This document shows positions 55,208-64,000 of a stretch of DNA of 64,000 nt, one piece after another. Position numbers and translations under genes: made by a program. Source of the DNA: a virus (taxonomy: Duplodnaviria > Caudoviricetes); the IMG/VR virus record IMGVR_UViG_3300027764_000007, positions 6,515 through 70,514 of that record; one strand, 5' to 3'. How positions within the stretch are numbered: position 1 is the stretch's first letter; each line of letters begins with the position of its first letter. The notes beneath the pieces were generated by a model. That model was not told where the DNA came from. It did no database searches and was given only the letters and a program-made list of their open reading frames with translations.

Positions 55208-55580
55208 GCACCGGTATCGCTGTGAGGAGTCTGCCTGCAGACACCGCTTCACCCTTCGTAAGCACCCCACCAAGTTCAGCCGACCCATCGCATGTCCTAA
55301 GTGCCGATCATTGCGTGTGCGCTCTGTGGAGGCCGAACGAAAGCGTGAGATGGTAAAGCAACAGACTTGCCTGTGCTCCCCTTACCCATTCCCCCATCGT
55401 CAAGGTTCCCTACCGGCATGCCTGTTCAATATCAGGCGACTGCAGGGTATCCCCATGACCGAGGAGGAAGAACAAAAGCATGACGCCACACTCAGTACTC
55501 CACGCTCCGCTTGGTTCGGAGGGAGCTGTTCTCCCACTGACCAAGACAGATGGAACTCTCTCCCACCTGCCCCATTTTAA
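55173..55580 (+). CDS. Cys/His-rich zinc-binding protein
   Basis: RCEESACRH, CPKC, CLCSPYPFPHR; GGAGG RBS before ATG 55173. Confidence 0.65.
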   Translation: MQRPSRSTTRFRHRYRCEESACRHRFTLRKHPTKFSRPIACPKCRSLRVRSVEAERKREMVKQQTCLCSPYPFPHRQGSLPACLFNIRRLQGIPMTEEEEQKHDATLSTPRSAWFGGSCSPTDQDRWNSLPPAPF

Positions 55581-55595
55581 TTTTAAGGACTTCCC

Positions 55596-55790
55596 ATGAA
55601 AACGACCCAACAACCAGAAGATTCACAGCCTGTAACTTCAGTTCCTTGTAGAGTTTGTAATGCAAGGCTGCGGGTGGAGTATGAAGATGACGAGCCGCGT
55701 ATACCCCCAGGAACCAAACAGGAAGTAGTAATACCCTGTTGCGTTTGCGGGTCACCGCAAACTTTCACGATTGCTGAATTACCAGAATAA
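55596..55790 (+). CDS. Zinc-ribbon protein
   Basis: CRVC...CCVC; AAGGA RBS. Confidence 0.6.
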   Translation: MKTTQQPEDSQPVTSVPCRVCNARLRVEYEDDEPRIPPGTKQEVVIPCCVCGSPQTFTIAELPE

Positions 55791-55919
55791 AATAAGTACC
55801 CCAGCTACATTTCCATCAAGGGAGACGCCCCAGAATTTGGTGGGCCTGCAGAGTAAAAGTCTCCTTGATCTTATGCCCTCCGGGCAATATTTAGTTTTCC
55901 TGTATTCACTGGAGGGCAT

Positions 55920-56372
55920 ATGTCCCACAACTCAATCAAAGAACTGCAGTGCGTTATCTGTGCTGGCCCCATGATGGGCCGGCAGTACCACAATATAGAT
56001 ACCGGGAAAGGTATCTGCACCCCCTGTGTACCAGCACGCCAAAGACAGATTGGCGCTTCAGGCATGGAAGCATCCTATGGCTTGGCTGGCTTCCATTACA
56101 AGATTGCAGCAGAGAGAACTACCCCTCTGGTGTTTACAGCCTTCTGCCAGGAAGCTTCCGGTACCGGCACTATTTGGATAGATGAAATAGGGCCATTCAC
56201 TCATGCGCTCACCACAGAGAAGCTGCGTACCGCCGCAAGAGAAAAGTGTGCCCGAGAGTGGGGCTACTACGAAGATGAGGAGGAAACCACCCCAAGAATC
56301 ACCGACATTCATTGCCTTGGCTTAGCTGAAGGCTCAATCAAAATCACCCACTGGGAAGATATCCCGGAGTAA
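55920..56372 (+). CDS. Hypothetical protein with N-terminal zinc ribbon
   Basis: CVIC...CTPC; GGAGG RBS. Confidence 0.65.
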   Translation: MSHNSIKELQCVICAGPMMGRQYHNIDTGKGICTPCVPARQRQIGASGMEASYGLAGFHYKIAAERTTPLVFTAFCQEASGTGTIWIDEIGPFTHALTTEKLRTAAREKCAREWGYYEDEEETTPRITDIHCLGLAEGSIKITHWEDIPE

Positions 56373-56377
56373 TTACC

Positions 56378-57403
56378 ATGACTATCACCATTCACACCGG
56401 GCAGTTTATCAAGGCCATGTCCACCTCCATTCGTGCTGGTGCTGTGCCAATGTTCTGGGGTTCTCCAGGTATCGGTAAAAGCGCTTTGGCTGCTGCATTT
56501 GCAAAGGAGTACAACCTCTTCCTGATTGACCTTCGATTGGCCAACTCAGATCCAGTGGACCTGGTTGGTTTCCCCAACGTCAACAAGGCAACTCAGCGAG
56601 CAGGATACCTACCGTTCGATACATTCCCGCTGGAAAATGACCCCATACCAGAGGGCTATGACGGCTGGTTGCTGTTCCTGGATGAGCTGCCATTGGCAGA
56701 TCGCCCTGTGCAGAAAGGCGCATACAAGCTGATCTACGATCGCATGGTGGGGCAGGCTAAGCTTCACCCTCGCCTGATGATGGCAGCGGCAGGTAACCTG
56801 ATTACCGACAACGCATTCGTAGAGGATATGTCCACTGCCATGCAATCGCGCCTGACGCACTACGAGGTGACCATGGATAACAACACATGGGTCGAGTGGG
56901 CAGAAGCCAATGGCATTCACCACTGGATTACGTCATTCATCAAAACTTTCCCTCAGATGCTGTTCACCTTCAAACCAGATCATCCTGATCGCACGTTTGG
57001 TTCTGGGCGTACCTGGGAGTCTGCCAGCAAGCATCTGCATATCCTGGGTATCGATGATGATCTTACCTTGGCAGCATTGGCAGGAACGATCTCAGAAGGC
57101 ATAGCACGAGAGTTTATCGGCTACACCAAGATCTACGCAGACTTGCCACAGATGGTTCAGATTCTGGGCCAGCCGCACACAACCCCAGTGCCACAAGAGC
57201 CTGGGACTGTGTACGCACTGACAGGCACATTGGCCCATCAAGCCACAGTGGCAAACATCGATCGCATGATTGTGTATATCCGCAGACTCCCAAAAGAGTT
57301 CCAGGTAATCACCATGCGCGAGATGCTCGCACGTAACCCAGAGTTGAAGTCTACCCCGGCAGTCATTAAGTGGCGTTCTGACTTCGCCTCAGCTGTCTAT
57401 TAA
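56378..57403 (+). CDS. MoxR-like AAA+ ATPase (N4 gp24-like)
   Basis: GSPGIGKS, LFLDELP, AAGN, RTWE. Confidence 0.9.
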   Translation: MTITIHTGQFIKAMSTSIRAGAVPMFWGSPGIGKSALAAAFAKEYNLFLIDLRLANSDPVDLVGFPNVNKATQRAGYLPFDTFPLENDPIPEGYDGWLLFLDELPLADRPVQKGAYKLIYDRMVGQAKLHPRLMMAAAGNLITDNAFVEDMSTAMQSRLTHYEVTMDNNTWVEWAEANGIHHWITSFIKTFPQMLFTFKPDHPDRTFGSGRTWESASKHLHILGIDDDLTLAALAGTISEGIAREFIGYTKIYADLPQMVQILGQPHTTPVPQEPGTVYALTGTLAHQATVANIDRMIVYIRRLPKEFQVITMREMLARNPELKSTPAVIKWRSDFASAVY

Positions 57404-57412
57404 GGAGCCTGT

Positions 57413-57889
57413 ATGGGCGATCGTGTTTCAGTAACCCTCACTGTGCCGACTGAATATGCAGAGGCAATAAAGCGTATTTACCGAGATGAAAGGTTTGAAG
57501 ACGACTTTTCGCAGAGCGATGAATTATGTTGTTTTGAGTTTGAAGAGGTGAACTACGGTGATTTGCCTAAATTGGACCAGCTGAAAGATCTCGGTATTGC
57601 CTACGATAGTGAGTGGGGAAAGGGGGGGAATTTCGCTGAGGGAAGCAAACACCTTCGCTTCGATATCCATGGCGTTTACATAGAGGCAGAAACTGACGCA
57701 TTCTCTGACTATATCTGGGCAGAGAGCATCGGGAAGATACTCAAGGGAGCTAGCTCTATGGTATTCAAATTTACAGCCATCTCTGAGATTTACACCAAAC
57801 ACATGGAACGAGAAAAGAATCTCTCTTGGGAAAACCAAGTGGAGTTCGGAAAGCTGTACCGTGTCAACAAACTGATCAGCCCCACTTAG
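57413..57889 (+). CDS. Hypothetical protein
   Basis: 158 aa; AAGGAG RBS; between the ATPase and VWA genes. Confidence 0.7.
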   Translation: MGDRVSVTLTVPTEYAEAIKRIYRDERFEDDFSQSDELCCFEFEEVNYGDLPKLDQLKDLGIAYDSEWGKGGNFAEGSKHLRFDIHGVYIEAETDAFSDYIWAESIGKILKGASSMVFKFTAISEIYTKHMEREKNLSWENQVEFGKLYRVNKLISPT

Positions 57890-57897
57890 GAGGGCGT

Positions 57898-58995
57898 ATG
57901 CAAGCTGCCATTCAAGCCCTCGATAAAACCAAGATACAAATGCTCGAGGATCGTAAGTTTACGTTCTTCACCTCTGTTGCCTTGTCGCTGAGGCACCGCT
58001 TCACTGATGAGGTACCTACCGCAGCAGTCAATGGGGTTGAGGTGATGTACAACCCCGACTACTTCATGGCGCAGTCACCTGCTGTGCGTAAAAGCATTTC
58101 CCTCCACGAAGTCTCCCATGTGGTCTTGCGCCATATTGGGAGAGAGGGGGAACGTGATCACCAGAAATGGAACCGCGCCGGGGATTACTGCATCAATGAC
58201 ATGCTTTACTTGGCAGGCTGTACCCTTGGTGATCGTTGGTTATGGGACAGGAAATACCGTGGCCTATCCACAGATGAAATCTATGACCTTCTGCCAGATG
58301 AACCAGAACCTGGGTTCGTCATGGATATCCTCCCCAGCCCCATGACCAAAGAGAAGGCCGACAAGTTTCTTGATGGTGTCTTGGTTAAAGCTGCAATCCT
58401 TGCCAAAGCTACCGCAGAAGGCTGGGGCATGGTGCCACAGGATATACAGAACTATGTCACCAACCTGACCAATCCCAAATTGCCCTGGCATGCCCTTGTA
58501 CGCCGGTATTACCGATCTGTAGGGAAAACGGAACACACTTTCCGCAGACCCAACAGACGCTATTTCCCTGAGTACGTTCTGTCTACCCAGCACGCAGAAA
58601 AGTTGGGTACCGCTGCAGTATTCACCGATGTCTCCTTGTCTGTTACCCAAAAACAAACTGAGCATTTCATCAGTGAAACCCTTGGCTTAATCAAAAGTCT
58701 TCACCCAGATTGTATTAAATTTGGGCAGTTCGATACCCGCATTATTTGTATCGATGACGTGAAAACTGAGCAAGAACTCAAGGAGATCAAATTCATTAAA
58801 GGGGGCGGAACGTACATCACCCCCGTTATTGACTGGATCAACGAAAACAAACCAGCAGTTGCCATCATATTTACTGATGGTGATTTTGCCTCTTACCCAG
58901 GCACCTGCAAGGTTCCAATCATTTGGATAATCGATAAGAACCCGACCTTCACTTGCAAATTTGGCAGAATCGTTCACTTCGACGCGCCAGAATAA
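57898..58995 (+). CDS. Metallopeptidase-like/VWA domain protein (N4 gp25-like)
   Basis: LHEVSHVVLRH (HExxH), WNRAGDYCIN, DVSLS MIDAS-like, GGGT, IFTDG. Confidence 0.9.
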   Translation: MQAAIQALDKTKIQMLEDRKFTFFTSVALSLRHRFTDEVPTAAVNGVEVMYNPDYFMAQSPAVRKSISLHEVSHVVLRHIGREGERDHQKWNRAGDYCINDMLYLAGCTLGDRWLWDRKYRGLSTDEIYDLLPDEPEPGFVMDILPSPMTKEKADKFLDGVLVKAAILAKATAEGWGMVPQDIQNYVTNLTNPKLPWHALVRRYYRSVGKTEHTFRRPNRRYFPEYVLSTQHAEKLGTAAVFTDVSLSVTQKQTEHFISETLGLIKSLHPDCIKFGQFDTRIICIDDVKTEQELKEIKFIKGGGTYITPVIDWINENKPAVAIIFTDGDFASYPGTCKVPIIWIIDKNPTFTCKFGRIVHFDAPE

Positions 58996-59058
58996 CCCAC
59001 AGCACTCTATGAAATTAAGTTCGTAGGGCTACCTATTCACTTAATTTCTGGAGTTGCC

Positions 59059-60306
59059 ATGAAACAAGTTACCTTTTCCGCAGGACAGCAAAAAGCTTAC
59101 GATCAAGTCATCGAATTCATTCTACATCCCAGCAAGAAAGTGTTTGTGCTTGAGGGCTACTCTGGCACAGGCAAGAGCACTCTGGTTGAGCGTGTTATCG
59201 ACATGCTCCCCAAGCTGATCAAGACAGAAGCATTGATCAGTGCCAATCCCATGAGTGCTTGGCCTCTGCAGCTCACCGCGACCACTAACAAGGCAGCAGA
59301 AGCACTGCGCCAGATAACAGGGGCTGATGTAGTAACCATCCACAAATTTCTTAACCTACGTGTCAGTAAAAATTACAAGACTCAAGAGACAATGCTAGTT
59401 CGCCGTAATGATGTTCCTAACATAGTAAACACAATCATCGTTATCGATGAAGCCAGTTTTATTGACCGCATACTGATAAGGAAAATCTTTGAGCACACCT
59501 CCAATTGCAAAATCCTTTTCATTGGAGACCCCGCTCAAATCGTCGATTTCAGGGCGAAGGATGCCCCTGTATTTAACTCTGGTTTCGAGACGGCAAAGCT
59601 CACCGAGGTTGTCAGACAAGCGGAAGGAAACCCCATAATAGAATTGTCTACTGAATTCAGGAAGACAGTTACATCGGGGAAATTCTTCAACTTTAAGCCA
59701 GATGGAGTGCATATTAAGCACCTGAAAGGCGACGAGTTTGAGGCCGCTGTACTGGCGGAATTCACTCGAAAAGATTGGAAGAACAACGACTCCAAGGTGT
59801 TGGCGTGGACGAATCAAACTGTCATTGATTACAACCACGCCATCCGTGAAAGAATACAAGGAGAACCAAGATTGCAAGTAGATGACTACGCAATCTGTAA
59901 CAAGCACGTCTCCCACAAGAAATTCACTTTCAAGACAGATCAACTTGTGCAGATCACGGCTATCTCCCCCGCAATAGAAATGGATCTCCCTGGTTACCAC
60001 GTAGAGCTGGATAAACTCACTTATTTCTTCATGCCTGAATCCAGAGATGAGATGAAGGCCAAGCTGAAATGGGCTAGAGCCAAAGATTTTCTCTCCATGG
60101 TACGCACTATTGAGGATACCTGGATTGATCTGCGGGCAGCTTACGCGTGCACTATCAACAAATCCCAAGGCAGCACCTATGACCGAGTATTCATCGACTT
60201 AGATGATGTCAGCCAGTGCAATCTTGGTAACACGATCGCTCGAATGATGTACGTCGCAGTCAGCCGAGCACGCCATGAAGTAATCCTCACCGGAGACTTT
60301 GTATGA
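59059..60306 (+). CDS. Dda/RecD-like SF1 helicase (N4 gp37-like)
   Basis: GYSGTGKST, IDEASF, GDPAQ, TINKSQGSTY, YVAVSRAR. Confidence 0.92.
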   Translation: MKQVTFSAGQQKAYDQVIEFILHPSKKVFVLEGYSGTGKSTLVERVIDMLPKLIKTEALISANPMSAWPLQLTATTNKAAEALRQITGADVVTIHKFLNLRVSKNYKTQETMLVRRNDVPNIVNTIIVIDEASFIDRILIRKIFEHTSNCKILFIGDPAQIVDFRAKDAPVFNSGFETAKLTEVVRQAEGNPIIELSTEFRKTVTSGKFFNFKPDGVHIKHLKGDEFEAAVLAEFTRKDWKNNDSKVLAWTNQTVIDYNHAIRERIQGEPRLQVDDYAICNKHVSHKKFTFKTDQLVQITAISPAIEMDLPGYHVELDKLTYFFMPESRDEMKAKLKWARAKDFLSMVRTIEDTWIDLRAAYACTINKSQGSTYDRVFIDLDDVSQCNLGNTIARMMYVAVSRARHEVILTGDFV

Positions 60307-60824
60307 GCCTCAGTCCACAAGTAAAGCAGCACTGCATAGATAGCCTCTACAACAGCATCTGTCACCCTGAAAGAGAAGCCGAGACTACTTTGCTGTGGGA
60401 CATGGTGCGGTTAAACGCCAGTGCTTATGGGCTGGATTACCGCTACTTCTCCTTCCGAAACCAGGTGTATTACCGCCCGGATACTCAGAAGAAAGTGGAT
60501 CGTGGAATCCGAGTCCCTGCGCTGCATATCAATCTGCATCCAAGGATGGCTGGGTTCCTGCAACAGAAAAAGGAATTCGATATCTCTATGGGGCTGTGCA
60601 TCAAGAACTACTTGATAGCACTGTTCGCCAGCACAGAGGATCTTTCTCAGATAGCGCACCTGCTACCTGAGAAATATACCAATGATGTTTACGCATTGGA
60701 TTTTGACACCCCTGACAGAGAAAAGGTGATGTCTCTTTCAGAGCTGGCAGCTTTTAAAGAAGCCAATGAAAAATACCTCATCAAAATAAAGATACGCCAG
60801 GTGGATGATCTCCTGGGAATCTAG
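60303..60824 (+). CDS. Hypothetical protein (N4 gp38 position)
   Basis: 173 aa, ATGA overlap with the helicase. Confidence 0.7.
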   Translation: MSLSPQVKQHCIDSLYNSICHPEREAETTLLWDMVRLNASAYGLDYRYFSFRNQVYYRPDTQKKVDRGIRVPALHINLHPRMAGFLQQKKEFDISMGLCIKNYLIALFASTEDLSQIAHLLPEKYTNDVYALDFDTPDREKVMSLSELAAFKEANEKYLIKIKIRQVDDLLGI

Positions 60825-60833
60825 GAGAGCCAC

Positions 60834-61247
60834 ATGGCTTATTTATCTGATGCAATCATCGCTATCAGTAATGAAATCAAAGTAGATGCCTTACTGGGAC
60901 TGGAGTTGCCTACGCTGCTCCAAGCTCCAGCAGATCATGTATCCCCGCAAGGTCACTATTGGATTTTTATACAAGAATCCATCTATGACGGGTCAGTTCA
61001 GACCCAGGAACTATTTCAGTTCTTTGGCTGGCTGGATAAACAACAAAACGCATTTGATCTCACCAAATATGCGTATCTGCGGGTAGGGAACAACCGCAAT
61101 GATATTGTTCAACGTGGAAGTCCTGCAAATTTTTCAATTTCTGTGAACACTACGATCATCTCCCCTGCTCACACTTCAAGGACAGAACCACTGTGCATTC
61201 CTTCGCCTTCAGTCAATCAGACAATTATCCCATCGCGCTTCTTGTAA
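60834..61247 (+). CDS. Hypothetical protein
   Basis: 137 aa; AGGAG RBS; overlaps the polymerase start. Confidence 0.6.
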   Translation: MAYLSDAIIAISNEIKVDALLGLELPTLLQAPADHVSPQGHYWIFIQESIYDGSVQTQELFQFFGWLDKQQNAFDLTKYAYLRVGNNRNDIVQRGSPANFSISVNTTIISPAHTSRTEPLCIPSPSVNQTIIPSRFL

Positions 61248-63823
61248 AAGACAGCGCATTCAACAAACAAGAGATTCAGCATACCTACGAGACATACTTT
61301 ACTAAACATGGTTTGGATAGTGCAGACATCATCGTAGGTGCGCTCTCTTATGGTGGTAAGAAGAAGGCAGCAGTACCGTTCATCAAAGATGAGCTGGTTA
61401 CTGTCTTGTCTGAACTGAGAAGTGTGGCAGTACAGTACATCTACTGTGCTGATGCAGAATACTTCAAGGTATTAACTAACAGTAGGAAAGCAGATGTACA
61501 CCTGGGCTATGTACTCCCATGTACTGTAGTAGGGTATACAGATATGCATGTAGTGCTGGGAGTTAACCATAAGTCCCTGTTCTACAATCCAGCCAATGAG
61601 CCTAAGCTCATTATGTCAATGGATACACTCATTGATCTGGTGAAGAACACTTACACTGCACTGGGTACAGATGTTATTCAGTATGCTGAGTATCCCTATA
61701 CATCAGTTGAGATTGCTGCAGCACTTGGTAAGCTGCATCAGTACCCAGCACTGAGCTGTGATATTGAAACAGCATCACTGAAGTTTAACAAAGCAGGCAT
61801 TGGTACCATTACTTTTGCTTGGTCTAAGCATGAAGGCATAGCCTTTGCTGTGGACTACGTATCTCTACCCTCCCCTATCAATGGGGTATACGGAGAGATG
61901 GTACATAACGGCCCTGTTAAAACAGCTCTGAAGCATTTCTTTGAAACATACAAAGGAGAGCTGAGATTCCATAAAGCTTCCTTCGATGTAAAAATCTTGA
62001 TCTACGAACTGTGGATGGATGATTACTTCGACAATGAAAATCTGCTCATTGGCTTGGAAGTTCTTACCCGTGATTTTGCTGACACGCTCATCATTGCGTA
62101 CCTGGCAACAAACTCTGCAGCAGGGAACTCACTCAGTCTGAAAGATCTGGCGCATGCGCACTCAGGTAACTGGGCCAATTCAGAGATCAAGAATATTCTG
62201 AAGATCCCGTTGCATGAGTTGCTCAAGTACAACCTGATCGATGGTATCTCTACCAATTACGTGTATGAGAAGTTTTACCCTCTCATGGTGCAGGATCAGC
62301 AACTAGAGCTGTATACCGGTCTGATGCTCCCAAGCCAGCAAGTCATCATTCAGATGGAACTCACAGGCATGCCTTTGATTCCAGAGAATGTGGCTGCTGC
62401 ACGTAAAGAGCTGGAAGGAATCATTGCCGGCTATGAACAGGTATTTGCTCAGCAGCCTACTGGTTTTGGGGAATCCATTATCCAGAAGCTGGAGTACCGT
62501 TTACAGACTGAAGCCATGGTAGCTGCCAATGCCAAGCTGAAGAAGAAGCAACATCCGCTCTCTCATTTTGCTGGCTTACGCTTTAATCCCAACAGCAATC
62601 CACAGAAGCAGCTCCTGCTCTATGAGTTGATGGGGTTACCTGTCATTGATCTGACAGATACCAAGCAGCCTGCATGCGGTGGGGAGACCTTGGAGAAGCT
62701 CGTAAACCATGCGGTCAATCCAGAGTATCTGGATCTTCTGCATGCTCTGATTGGTTACGCTACAGCCGACAAGATTCTCAGCTCTTTTATCCCTGCCTTT
62801 GAAGCGGCAGTGCGTAAAGGTGATGGAATCATGTGGCTGCACGGGTGTTTTAACCTGGGGGGCACCAAGTCTGGTCGGCTCAGTAGTTCAGATCCAAATA
62901 TGCAGAATATTCCTGCAGGGTCTACCTACGGCAAACTGATCAAGAAGTGTTTCGGTACTCCTGCTGGTTGGATATTCGGTGGGGCAGATTTTAATTCTCT
63001 CGAGGATTATATCTCTGCACTGACTACCAGAGATCCCAACAAAATGCGGGTGTACCTGGAAGGATACGATGGGCATTGCCTACGAGCGTTCAGTTACTTC
63101 CCGGACAGATTGCCCGGTATTGTTGATACCGTAGAGTCGATCAACAGTATCAAGAAGCTCTATGAGGCTATCCGGCAACTGTCAAAGGCTCCCACCTTTG
63201 CACTTACTTACAGGGGTACCTGGCGAACTCTGATGGCCAACTGTGGCTTTACTGAAGCAGTAGCCAAACAGATCGAGCGTAACTACCACGAACTGTATGC
63301 CGCCTCAGACCAATGGGTTCAAGACCGCCTTACAGAGGCCGCATCCTGCGGCTATGTCAAGATCGCCTTTGGACTGAGGCTTCGTACACCCTTGATAGCC
63401 AAAACTGTCCTAGGGCTTCGGAGCACGCCATTTGAAGCTGAAGCTGAAGGACGTACTGCCGGCAATGCACTGGGCCAGTCCTATGGATTGCTCAACAATC
63501 GTGCTGCTAACGCTTTCATGAAGAAAGTCTGGAAGTCTCCCTATCGCAATTCAATTCTCCCGGTAGCGCTCATTCATGACGCTATTTACCTAGTTTTCGA
63601 GGATTCCCCTGAAATCATTCATTGGGTCAACGAAAATCTGATTGAGGAAATGCGGTGGCAAGAGCTACCAGAAATTCAGCATGACAAGGTAAAGATTGGG
63701 GCGGAGTTATCACTATTCTGGCCTACCTGGGCAGATGAACTGACCCTACCCAACAATGCTTCTATCGAGCAAATCACCCAACAGTGCTTGGAGTACCAAG
63801 CTAAATTAAAGGAGAAACCGTGA
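61193..63823 (+). CDS. polA: Family A DNA polymerase (N4 gp39-like)
   Basis: Exo motifs CDIET, HKASFD, YNLID; polymerase motifs ADFNSLE, RQLSKAPTFALTY, IHDA. Confidence 0.95.
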   Translation: MHSFAFSQSDNYPIALLVKDSAFNKQEIQHTYETYFTKHGLDSADIIVGALSYGGKKKAAVPFIKDELVTVLSELRSVAVQYIYCADAEYFKVLTNSRKADVHLGYVLPCTVVGYTDMHVVLGVNHKSLFYNPANEPKLIMSMDTLIDLVKNTYTALGTDVIQYAEYPYTSVEIAAALGKLHQYPALSCDIETASLKFNKAGIGTITFAWSKHEGIAFAVDYVSLPSPINGVYGEMVHNGPVKTALKHFFETYKGELRFHKASFDVKILIYELWMDDYFDNENLLIGLEVLTRDFADTLIIAYLATNSAAGNSLSLKDLAHAHSGNWANSEIKNILKIPLHELLKYNLIDGISTNYVYEKFYPLMVQDQQLELYTGLMLPSQQVIIQMELTGMPLIPENVAAARKELEGIIAGYEQVFAQQPTGFGESIIQKLEYRLQTEAMVAANAKLKKKQHPLSHFAGLRFNPNSNPQKQLLLYELMGLPVIDLTDTKQPACGGETLEKLVNHAVNPEYLDLLHALIGYATADKILSSFIPAFEAAVRKGDGIMWLHGCFNLGGTKSGRLSSSDPNMQNIPAGSTYGKLIKKCFGTPAGWIFGGADFNSLEDYISALTTRDPNKMRVYLEGYDGHCLRAFSYFPDRLPGIVDTVESINSIKKLYEAIRQLSKAPTFALTYRGTWRTLMANCGFTEAVAKQIERNYHELYAASDQWVQDRLTEAASCGYVKIAFGLRLRTPLIAKTVLGLRSTPFEAEAEGRTAGNALGQSYGLLNNRAANAFMKKVWKSPYRNSILPVALIHDAIYLVFEDSPEIIHWVNENLIEEMRWQELPEIQHDKVKIGAELSLFWPTWADELTLPNNASIEQITQQCLEYQAKLKEKP

Positions 63824-63966
63824 GAAATATTTTATCAAATACCACTCGTGCCAATTGGGCTGAAGAAGCTGTTGAGGCTTACCTGATTAAAAAAGAAACC
63901 GTGAGAAATATTTTATCATATACCACTCGTGCCAATTGGGCTGAAGAAGCTGTTGAGGCTTACCTG
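63805..63966 (+). repeat. Tandem duplication, 2 x 81 bp
   Basis: 63805-63885 and 63886-63966 differ at 3 positions. Confidence 0.95.
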
Positions 63967-64000
63967 GATGAAGCTGAACCAGATAGTGAAGCGGTGATAA
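63820..64000 (+). CDS. Hypothetical protein (partial, runs off window)
   Basis: GGAG RBS, GTG 63820; VRNILSNTTRANWAEEAVEAYL occurs twice in frame. Confidence 0.55.
   Translation, partial: MRNILSNTTRANWAEEAVEAYLIKKETVRNILSYTTRANWAEEAVEAYLDEAEPDSEAVI

Noticed and set aside
16996-60168. Long antisense or alternative-frame ORFs in the track (e.g. 16996-17835, 37718-38596, 59395-60168)
   Set aside because: They lie opposite strongly conserved genes, show no motifs or RBS, and are treated as shadow ORFs.
44074-63823. Inteins or introns in terminase, RNAP II, helicase or DNA polymerase
   Set aside because: All are of normal N4-like length with contiguous motifs.
1-64000. Integrated prophage with host flanks
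   Set aside because: No host genes, and only one uninterrupted att core with phage genes on both sides.

Overview
The whole window is bacteriophage DNA with no host genes. It covers most of an N4-like (Schitoviridae) genome, read through the junction between the packaging genes and the early genes. All N4 hallmarks are present: a 3607-aa cysteine-free virion RNA polymerase, a two-subunit T7-like RNAP II, family A DNA polymerase, gp42-gp46 replication genes (nuclease, primase, AAA ATPase, SSB, RuvC), MoxR/VWA pair, Dda-like helicase, major capsid, portal and terminase. Order: tail module (1-6927, minus); small inverted accessory island (7098-9072); tail protein (9599-11671); integration module (12117-14020); replication genes (14079-20537); virion and packaging genes (20538-46361, minus); junction region (46400-48660); early, middle and replication genes (48728-64000). 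The main unusual result is that this member of a classically virulent family looks temperate. It carries a tyrosine integrase with all catalytic residues, a DUF4224 excisionase-like gene, and an uninterrupted attP made of the 3' two-thirds of a tRNA-Lys(TTT) with IHF consensus sites and arm-type repeats. Linked to this are a canonical N4 vRNAP hairpin promoter upstream of the integrase operon, a long hairpin element present twice with compensatory changes (before the integrase operon and before the early region), and three palindromic sites at exact 32-bp spacing beside an IHF site and a winged-HTH gene (candidate lysogeny switch or plasmid-like origin). All annotations come from motif recognition by eye; no database search was run.
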